DNA of 64,000 nucleotides from Octopus vulgaris (taxonomy: Eukaryota), in assembly GCA_951406725.2 (NCBI GenBank), contig OX597821.1, positions 63,922,001 to 63,986,000 of the forward strand, given 5' to 3'. The notes below the pieces were generated by a model. It searched no databases. It saw only the letters and a program-made list of their open reading frames with translations, and had not been told where the DNA came from. Positions within the stretch are counted from its first letter, which is position 1, and every line of letters begins with the position of its first letter. This document shows, in pieces, positions 54,034 to 64,000 of this stretch. A program made the translations under genes and the position numbers.

Positions 54034-54040
54034 GATATAT

Positions 54041-54132
<92 letters not shown>
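54041..54132. repeat. (GATA)23 microsatellite at the 3' end of the truncated Tx1 copy
   Basis: Perfect tandem GATA. Confidence 0.95.
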
Positions 54133-54133
<1 letters not shown>

Positions 54134-55899
54134 CTTTCTTTTATTAGCCACACAGGGCTGAATACAGAGGGGACAAATACAAATGCAGAGCTTTTCTTTT
54201 CGAGGGTGGAAAAAAATAAAAAATGTAAGATTGCGATCAAAAGGGATCGAGAGGAAAAAAAGGAAAAAAAAGAAAATCGTGTATCACAGAAATAATGGTG
54301 TAAACATTGATATAACAAGATTGGGTTCATCCGTGGGAAGAAAAGCCTACAGAAAAGACCACGGGAACCCCAGTCAGGGAGGAAATAAACACATGAGGTC
54401 AAAAATGCTCTCTTTCTTTCTTTTTTACGATCTACAGGATCATGCTCAAAATGGTTTCGTTACTAGCACGCACCATCTTTGCAACATTCACCCATCTTTT
54501 TTTGAATCTTTCGCGAGACAAAACTTCCCTCTCCATTCTCACCTTCCTTTTCAAGTGGTACTTGAAAAAGTTGATGAGCGATTGGCCAGAGAGGTAAGTG
54601 TTTGTCTCTAATCCTTTCGCTCGAGTCCACCACACACATTCTTTCACCATGGCCACCAGTACGATGAAAACTGCCTTGCCTTCCCGGTTGAGGGAAGGGG
54701 GCGGAGCAATTCTCACGATAGACTCGGCCGATAGGCGGATTCGTCCCACACGTGACAGCAGCCGTTCGGCATAAGCCCACAGGTCGGAAATGGTTGGACA
54801 TTGCACGAGTGCGTGCAGAACGGTTTCGTCGCTCTGACCGCATCTCGGGCAAGTCGGTCCAGTGTGTCTGGAACCGTGTCTGTAGAGCTTATCCCGAACA
54901 GGTAATGCTTCTCGATAGCACTGCCAGGCCAGGGATCTTTGGTGATTGTTCATAGGTCCCGGCCCGAAAGTTGTCCTGAACAGGCGGGTCAGGTGTTCCT
55001 CGTCGACGCCCAGACTCTGCCCGAGTTCGTCGTCGCACCTCCCCTCCACTAATCCTCTATAGAATTCCTTTGTTGTGATGGAGTCGCACAAGTTCGATCC
55101 CGGACGGCAGAGTTGCTTGAGAGCAACGTGACACTCGCGGTGCCATTCGCCTAACCTCGGTCTCTGCTTGATCCATGACTGTAGTTCGTCCAAGGAGACG
55201 AGCTGCGGGAAAGCGCGCCGCACAAAAGGCGACCACCCCTGTTCACCGTTGTCTATGAAGCGCCGGAGATGTCGCAGTCTCAGCGCATGTCTGCGCATCA
55301 TCAACCACGGCATGCCCAGCCCTCCATTTAGCGGGTGTTGGCAGCAAATGGATCGCCTAACCATCGGAACGTTTCCCTTCCACAAGAAGCGGAAGAGTAT
55401 GCGTTCCAGTTTGGTGATGGTAGGGTCGGGACAAGGCACGACGGTCAGACGATACTCGATGACGGATGCGATGTACGCGTTCACCACCTCCGCCCGACCT
55501 TTTAGGGATAGCTTTCTCTCAGTCCATTTCTGGGTGAGAGTAGCCACCCTAGTCGTTATCTCGCCCCAGTTCTTCTCCATTTGGAGGTCCGGACCGAACC
55601 AGACCCCGAGCAATTTAACCGGTCCGTCCGTCCAGCGTCCCACGATGGAGACGCTGTTGGACGGCATGGGCTTGCTTCTCCAGGTGCCGAGCCGCAAGCC
55701 CACTGACTTTTCCCGGTTAATTTTTGCTCCCGTTACCGCTTCGTATTCTTTCAGTGTCTCGCCGACCAGCTCGATGTGCTCGTAGCTCGACACTATGACG
55801 GTGACGTCATCCGCGTATGCAGACACGCTCCTCCCGCATCCCAGCTCTCGTGGGATGCCCCTCAGCGTCGCCAGTTTCCGCAGTAGTGGCTCAAGAGTC

Positions 55900-55901
<2 letters not shown>
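54133..55901 (-). mobile_element. 5'-truncated second copy of the same Tx1 LINE
   Basis: Matches 55981-~57752 with about ten differences. Encodes the C-terminal 464 aa of ORF2 (54432-55826). Flanked by (GATA)n at 54041-54132 and 55901-55980. Confidence 0.95.

Positions 55902-55980
<79 letters not shown>
55901..55980. repeat. (GATA)20 microsatellite between the two Tx1 copies
   Basis: Perfect tandem GATA. Confidence 0.95.
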
Positions 55981-55981
<1 letters not shown>

Positions 55982-56282
55982 CTTTCTTTTATTAGCCACA
56001 CAGGGCTGAATAAAGAGGGGACAAATACAAATGCAGAGCTTTTCTTTTCGAGGGTGGAAAAAAATAAAAATGTAAGATTGCGATCAAAAGGGATCGAGAG
56101 GAGGAAGAAAAAGGAAAAAAAAGAAAATCATGTATCACAGAAATAATGATGTAAACATTGATATAACAAGATTGGGTTCATCCGTGGGAAGAAAAGCCTA
56201 CAGAAAAGACCACGGGAACCCCAGTCAGGGAGGAAATAAACACATGAGGTCAAAAATGCTCTCTTTCTTTCTTTTTTACGAT

Positions 56283-59200
56283 CTACAGGATCATGCTCAA
56301 AATGGTTTCGTTACTAGCACGCACCATCTTTGCAACATTCACCCATCTTTTTTTGAATCTCTCGCGAGACAAAACTTCCCTCTCCATTCTCACCTTCCTT
56401 TTCAAGTGGTACTTGAAAAAGTTGATGAGCGATTGGCCAGAGAGGTAAGTGTTTGTCTCTAATCCTTTCGCTCGAGTCCACCACACACATTCTTTCACCA
56501 TGGCCACCAGTACGATGAAAACTGCCTTGCCTTCCCGGTTGAGGGAAGGGGGCGGAGCAATTCTCACGATAGACTCGGCCGATAGGCGGATTCGTCCCAC
56601 ACGTGACAGCAGCCGTTCGGCATAAGCCCACAGGTCGGAAATGGTTGGACATTGCACGAGTGCGTGCAGAACGGTTTCGTCGCTCTGACCGCATCTCGGG
56701 CAAGTCGGTCCAGTGTGTCTGGAACCGTGTCTGTAGAGCTTATCCCGAACAGGTAATGCTTCTCGATAGCACTGCCAGGCCAGGGATCTTTGGTGATTGT
56801 TCATAGGTCCCGGCCCGAAAGTTGTCCTGAACAGGCGGGTCAGGTGTTCCTCGTCGACGCCCAGACTCTGCCCGAGTTCGTCGTCGCACCTCCCCTCCAC
56901 TAATCCTCTATAGAATTCCTTTGTTGTGATGGAGTCGCACAAGTTCGATCCCGGACGGCAGAGTTGCTTGAGAGCAACGCGACACTCGCGGTGCCATTCG
57001 CCTAACCTCGGTCTCTGCTTGATCCATGACTGTAGTTCGTCCAAGGAGACGAGCTGCGGGAAAGCGTGCCGCACAAAAGGCGACCACCCCTGTTCACCGT
57101 TGTCTATGAAGCGCCGGAGATGTCGCAGTCTCAGCGCATGTCTGCGCATCATCAACCACGGCATGCCCAGCCCTCCATTTAGCGGGTGTTGGCAGCAAAT
57201 GGATCGCCTAACCATCGGAACGTTTCCCTTCCACAAGAAGCGGAAGAGTATGCGTTCCAGTTTGGTGATGGTAGGGTCGGGACAAGGCACGACGGTCAGA
57301 CGATACTCGATGACGGATGCGATGTACGCGTTCGCCACCTCCGCCCGACCTTTTAGGGATAGCTTTCTCTCAGTCCATTTCTGGGTGAGAGTAGCCACCC
57401 TAGTCGTTATCTCGCACCAGTTCTTCTCCATTTGGAGGTCCGGACCGAACCAGACCCCGAGCAATTTAACCGGTCCGTCCGTCCAGCGTCCCACGATGGA
57501 GACGCTGTTGGACGGCATGGGCTTGCTTCTCCAGGTGCCGAGCCGCAAGCCCACTGACTTTTCCCGGTTAATTTTTGCTCCCGTTACCGCTTCGTATTCT
57601 TTCAGTGTCTCGCCGACCAGCTCGATGTGCTCGTAGCTCGACACTATGACGGTGACGTCATCCGCGTATGCAGACACGCTCCTCCCGCATCCCAGCTCTC
57701 GTGGGATGCCCCTCAGCGTCGCCAGTTTCCGCAGTAGTGGCTCAAGAGTCAGTACATACAGCAGCGATGAGAGGGGGCATCCCTGACGAACCGAACGCAT
57801 GATGTTAAAAGGTCTGGATAGATGACCATTTACGCGAACTACTGAGCGGATGCCGCTGTATAAGGCAGCGATCCAACCGCGGAAAACTGGACCGAAACCA
57901 GCCGCTTTGAGGACAGCCTCCAAGTAGTGATGGTCTACCCTATCGAAGGCTTTTGATTGATCCAAATTGATCAGCGCCCCACCCATGCCAGGATTTTTAA
58001 CTACCCTGTCTATGATGTAGCGCATCAGATGGAGGTTGTCATGAATACTTCTACCCGGCACGGCGCATGTTTGCGCCTTGTCGATTAGTTTCTTGATGAC
58101 AAGCGCCAACCTCTCGGCTAACACCTTGGCCAAAATTTTCAAATCTGCGTTGAGCAGAGTGATGGGCCTGAAATTATCTATGACGTCCCCCTTGTTTGGG
58201 TCTTTCTTGATCAGTGCCACTGCTCCTCGCTTTACAAAAGCAGGAATACTCCCGTTCTGCTGCCAGTTGCAGTAGACAGCTGCCAAGACGCCTCCAAACA
58301 AGTCTGGCATATGAAAATAAAATTCGTAGGGCAGACCATCCAAGCCTGGTGACTTGTCTCTCGCGCAGCCTACCATCGCATCCTGTACGTCCGCAGCTGT
58401 GATAGGCTTTTCACAAGACTCCACCCCCTTGCTGAGAGTCGTGGCAAGGCATGCAGGTAGGCACTAAAGTCCACTCTGCTTTCTGACTCACCACTTGTCC
58501 CAAACAGTTGGGTGAAGTGTTGTTGAAAAACCCCACACATCCTTTTAGGCTCGAGCAATTCGCGCCCCTGTTCATCTATAAGAGACTTGATGGTGGCTCT
58601 GTTGCCTCGTTGCGTCTCCACCACTCGGGCCTCTTGGGCGGCTCCAACTCCTTCGTTCCTCAGAGCACGCATCCTAGCTCTGACAACGCATCCCTCGTGT
58701 TTGGCGTTGAGGTGTTGGTCGAGGGCCAATCTCGCCGCCAGTACGTTGGACGCGATGCCAGTTCTAAGTGCCTCTTCTAAAACCTTAACTAATTCTCCCT
58801 CTATTCTATTTCGGTCTAATGCTAGGGCTCTACTGTATCTGACTGATTCTGCTTTAATCGCTTTTTTTAGGGCATACCACCATCTGTTGTTGATGATGGT
58901 ACCCGTCAAAGCTCTCTTAACTAATGTGCTGATCCGGTCCCTGTAAACCTGTCGTGCTGTAAAAGACGCGTTCAGTTTCCAGTAACCAGGACCCTGCCTA
59001 TGTGTCTTATCTAAGTCAAGTGTACAAGTCACAAACTTGTGATCTGTGTATCTGACTATATGAAATTGTGGACAACCTACACTATTTTTATCTATTGTCC
59101 TACAGAATACTCTATCTAAGTATGATCTGGACGACCCGATGCGGTTACTCCATGTCCACATTGGCACATTCGGGTGGTCCAGTCGGTACCTGTCAGACAG

Positions 59201-59719
59201 TTGGAAACGTCTGAGCAGGTCTTTGAGGCATTTGCATCCCCTTCTATTGCTATCTCTGCCCACGTAGTCTAGATGCGTGTCCAGGGTGGCATTCCAATCC
59301 CCCACTAAAAGTAAAGGACGAGACGTTCCCATGAAAGACTCTAGACGTCGAAAGAAATCTGGTCGGCCTGTTAAGGACGGAGCATAAACTGCTATCAGTC
59401 GAAAAGCACACTCATTGCTACCATCGACATCCAAAACGACCAGCCTACCCTCCGGGTCTAGGAAATTTGCTCTTACTTTGAGATCCAGACTCTTCCGGAT
59501 AAGCACCGCGGTGCCACCTCCGCCCATTCTCGGTAGACACGGAGAAAAATAAATGTTGAAATGTGTACCGAAAATGTGCTGGAGTGCCCGCAAGCTGTGG
59601 AGTCTGGTCTCACTGATGGCTATGATATTCAGATTTAGTGACTTGATGTCATTTAACAGGTAGCCTTGTTTCCAAGGCGACCCCAAGCCACGTACGTTTA
59701 TACTACCTATTCTGAGCAT
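56283..59719 (-). CDS. Tx1 ORF2 (APE endonuclease + reverse transcriptase + zinc knuckle), one frameshift near 58425
   Basis: SINVRGL, ISETR, VYAP, VGDWNA, LDRVF, TDHK (APE motifs); KSPGLDGLP, FRPITLLN, DQSKAFDRV, VRQGCPLS, YADD (RT); CPRCGQSDETVLHALVQC. Restoring one base at ~58425 gives a ~1145-aa ORF. Confidence 0.93.
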
Positions 59720-59761
59720 GTTCCGATAAAAGTGCAAAAAAGGAAAAGGAGAGAGAAAAGG

Positions 59762-61912
59762 TTACTTGTTTTTCGAAAGTTCTTTGTCTTTCACCTCACG
59801 GTCTTCTTCTATGAGGCTTTTATACAGTTTTTTCGATGAGTACTTTTGAAATCTCCCTACTGCATCAGGGTAACGAGATTTCAGGGTGCTGTATGTGTTC
59901 TGTGTCACGTGTATTATTTTAATGTGTTGTGGTGGTGTTGTGTGTGGGTGGTTACTTGTTTTTATGTCGTTTTCAGTAATGTTAGTGTTTGACCTAATGT
60001 GTTCCATTAGGTCGTGGTTGTTTGTGTTTATGGCTGTCAACATTTTTGTGGGGTTTGATGATGGTGTGTTTGTGTTGATGTGTGTGTTTTCTGTGGATGT
60101 TTTTGTTTCGGGAGTGGTGTATCTTCCCGCTTTGTTTGTTATTTTTTCTTTTCTTTTTTTCCCCTTTTTCTTCTCCCCCCTGTGGCTATTTGCCAATCTT
60201 CCGTGTCTTCTTCGTCTAATGACAGATCAGACGAATCGGAGTCTGGAAGAGGGAAGTATTGGGGTCTATTGTCGACTGTGTTGGTGTTGGTTGGTGAGCG
60301 TTTGGTTGTGGTGTATGCGGTTTTGGATGTGGGGTTTGGGTATTTTGTGTTTGAGTGATTGTGGGTATTGTTGTGTTGTTTAGGGTCTCAATTTTGTGGG
60401 GATTTGGAGTTGTAATTGTTTCTTCATTTTTGCTGGGTGTCTTTTTGGCAGATGTCCTTGGTTTGGGAGTTGGTATATTCTTGGTTGTTGTTGTTGGTGA
60501 TGCTGCTTCTGTTCTTGGTGCTGCAGTTGGTGTGGTTGTTTGTTTGGTGAGGTTTGTTCCTGCAAAAAGTGGTGTGGGTAGTAAACCTTGTTTATTTGTT
60601 TTTGTTTCCGGCTGCTGTTGTTGTTGCTGTTGTTTTCTTGCGGCAGATTTGCAGTCTTTTTTGAGGTGTTGCTCACTGCCGCATATGTAGCAACGTGGTC
60701 TTCTGCCATCGACGACCACATATAACTTGTGGTCGTCTGATACACATATCTGGGTGGGTATTTTTTTTATATCTTCATGATGTATATGTAGAAGAAATTC
60801 TATTTTTTTCCCACCCAGTTTTTATGCTCTGTGACTGTGGTTTCCAAAATAGTATAATTCGCCATTTTTACGCATAAGGCCTTTACAAGCCATAGACTAT
60901 TGGCTATTTTGGGGACATTGTTTAGAGTGATCTTAGTCACTTTCTGTCCCCGATAGCTTGGAGTAAGTTGGAGTTCATCTGAGTGAAGAGTTAGCGTTGA
61001 GAAATGTCTAGCTAACTCTTCGGTGTAGAAAACGACTTGTATGTGGGCAAATTTGTTCCACCAGGTTACATATTCTTTGTGATCCCAGATGGGTTTCAAG
61101 CACTTCTCTATTTTGCTTGTGTTGGCCTTCTCTGGGATTTTTGTTTTTTTGTTAACTATTTTATAAATGATTGTTCGTCTTTTTTCATTTTCCAAAATGT
61201 CTTCTGGTATGTTTATTTTTACTATACCTTCTGATTCTGTTATTTTGATGTTCGTGTCCTGTATTTGTTGAGTCGTAAAGTATATTGTTGTTTTTTTTTC
61301 TTTAATCGCCTCAGCGAAATTTGTTGTTGTTTTGTTATTGTTGTTGCTTGTGGTGATGTTGTTGTTGGCTGCAGTTTGTAAAATTGGTGTGTTTGGTTCG
61401 ATCGTGCAAGTAGGAAGGGGTGGAAAATTGCCTGCGTACTTTAATCCTGCACTAGGGCAAATTTCGACATTTCGTTTGCTTGTCGTCGTTATTTTTTCAC
61501 TTGTTGGTGATGGAGTGAGCAGTGGTTGAAGGGAATTGTTGTTGTCGTCGTTGTTGTTGTTGTTGTTGTTGTTGTTATTGTCGTTCTTGGTGACGGCGGT
61601 GGTGTTGGTAGTATTAGTAGCATTGACGGCACGGTCTTTGGTGGCGGTGATGGTGATGTTGGTGTTGTTATTGGTGGCGATATCTTTAGTAGGGATAGCA
61701 GTTTTAGTAGCAGATTCTGCCATGGTGTTGGTGGTGGTGGTGGACTCACTGATGGTGTTGACGGTGCTTGGCCTTGCGACCTTTGTTTTGTATTTGTTGC
61801 TGTTGGTGGTGGTGGAGTTGTCAGGTTCGGCGTATGCTAACAGAGCATCCTGTTTTTCTGTTTCTGCGTCACGCTTGACTTGCAACTCAGCCTCGTGGTG
61901 GCCAGTGGCCAT
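59762..61912 (-). CDS. Tx1 ORF1 (gag-like nucleic-acid-binding protein), broken by apparent frameshifts
   Basis: ATG at 61912 (MATGHHEAELQ). ORF pieces 60800-61912, 60216-60800 (VVDGRRPRCYICGSEQHLKKDC = CX2CX4HX4C) and 59762-60196 join across homopolymer runs. Thr/Asn/Gln low-complexity stretches. Confidence 0.75.
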
Positions 61913-62948
61913 TTTGGAAATAAAATGGCTAAATGAAACCACGAAGGCTATGAGAATTTTTCTTTTAAATTTTGCCCACAAGGGGCAAAATTTTGTGTCG
62001 ATATTTATCAAAGGTTTACAGTGGATGTTGTTGCACAACTTTTAAGCACAAAATGTTTGTCAATATACACTTTTAAATAGTCAAAATAAATGATTACCTT
62101 CGGAGCTGAAACGACATCACATCCGTCAGAGATAGATAGAGATAGATAGATACACACACACAAGTACGTATATGATATTTGTTCTGCGCCACAGATCTTT
62201 ATTCAAACATTAAGAAATAAAGTAGTGAAATATGGCTTCGACAGATCATATTCTTCCCCTCCAATCGGAGTACTTAGAAAACATAAGTTAGATAACTTGC
62301 CTTATATTGTGGAAGAGAGCTAGTTATCGTGGTGGGACCTTCGACCAAACATGAAGCGAGGAGGAGCCAGACATTTAATGTAAACTGTTTTAAAAAATAA
62401 AATAAAAAACTTCTATTAGGTCTTATTTCAGGCATCCAACAAACTCAGTAGTTACAATAATATACTTTAAAATGTACAACTTCAAAGACACAGATCTATA
62501 CGTACATAGATATGTATATATATATATAGATACGTTTATATATTTTCCAGTTTATGACTTTTATCATGAAATCTTTACGAAAATAAAAAAAAATATCTAT
62601 TTGTTTAAGTATTTTTGCCTGTGTCCACCAAAGACGATATCAAAATTACACTGTACACAGTTGTTTTTTGTTTTTGTTCTTTTTGTTTGTCTTTCTTTCC
62701 ATTTTTGTAATTCTTCTATGCGTATCCTTTTCGTATCTTTGTTCTCTTTATATTATTTTTTATCAGAGCTAAATGACTTTTTACATATCAGTGTAGGATA
62801 TTTTCTCGAGACTATCTCAATATATACCAATATAATTTCCGGTGCCAGCCGGAAGTCATGAAAAAAGAAAGAGACTAACCACATGAGATTTACTGCCATA
62901 TACCTATGCAGCATCAAATATATATTTGTATATGATATATGATATATG

Positions 62949-63007
<59 letters not shown>

Positions 63008-63094
63008 ATATATTATTTATATGTATACACGTCTATATTCATTTTTATACATAACAACAATTATATACGCGTGTATATATGTGTATACTCACAC

Positions 63095-63168
<74 letters not shown>

Positions 63169-63417
63169 GTGTGTTTGTATGTATGTGAAAGCAATAATCT
63201 AAGATAAAAAGGAATGGAGTTAAATATCAAATCGGTTTTACATTTCTTTGAATGGTGATATTGCTCGAGAGAGATTACATACAAAAACAAACACACGTCT
63301 GATTATATAAACACATTTATTATATATATAGATTCTAAATCATATATAGATACATATGTACGTATATATAAATATTTATAAACACTTATATACAGATACA
63401 TGTATACAAGGAGTGAC

Positions 63418-63457
<40 letters not shown>

Positions 63458-63630
63458 ATGTATGTAAATTTATGTATATATATATATATGTGTGTGTATA
63501 TCATTATATATATATATATATACATATCTATATATATGTATATATATATAAATATATACATATATATATGTATATATATATATATATATATAAGTATATC
63601 AATATATGTGTCTATACATATATTTATGCA

Positions 63631-63663
<33 letters not shown>

Positions 63664-63790
63664 ATTATATATATATAGATATATACATATATAATATACA
63701 CTTATATATATATATATATACATTCACATTATATATATATGTGTATACAGATACATACATACATAAATATACATACATATAGACACACAC

Positions 63791-63843
<53 letters not shown>

Positions 63844-63846
63844 CAT

Positions 63847-63877
<31 letters not shown>

Positions 63878-64000
63878 CATACATATATATATACATACAT
63901 AACACGCGTGAGTGGGATGTTGCAGGACTGGGAAATAGAAAGGAAAGATCAGAACGGAGGTAGACACAACCAACAGAGAGTTATTTTCGTACGTATCTTC

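Larger units (their letters stand above)
55981..62128 (-). mobile_element. Near full-length L1/Tx1-clade non-LTR retrotransposon
   Basis: ~215 bp 5' UTR, ORF1 with CCHC knuckle, ORF2 with APE endonuclease, RT (YADD) and C-terminal CCHC, ~300 bp 3' UTR ending GGCTAATAAAAGAAAGT. (GATA)n on both sides (55901-55980 and 62131-62152). Confidence 0.95.

Noticed and set aside
54183-57636. Plus-strand and alternative-frame ORFs over the Tx1 copies
   Set aside because: Shadow frames of GC-rich ORF2 with no independent motifs.
54133-57752. LTR interpretation of the 1.77-kb direct repeat
   Set aside because: The repeat is the 3' part of a non-LTR ORF2 plus 3' UTR with classic 5' truncation, not an LTR.

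Overview
AT-rich, microsatellite-saturated eukaryotic non-coding DNA, most likely from an octopus/cephalopod genome (inferred from SINE families and repeat texture). I found no supportable host exon. Almost all ORF-track entries are translated microsatellites or SINEs. The main content is (1) a young, near-intact 6.1-kb L1/Tx1-clade LINE (minus strand, 55981-62128) with a ~99% identical 5'-truncated copy head-to-tail, both bounded by (GATA)n; (2) several tRNA-derived SINE families, two of which share 3' tails with LINEs present in the same window (Tx1 and CR1-type); (3) Penelope-like element remnants in (TA)n tracts carrying type I hammerhead ribozyme motifs, two of them inside near-perfect palindromes; (4) decayed mariner, hAT, Helentron-like, Gypsy, R4/Dong, RTE and CR1 fragments. 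All calls were made by eye; no database search was run.
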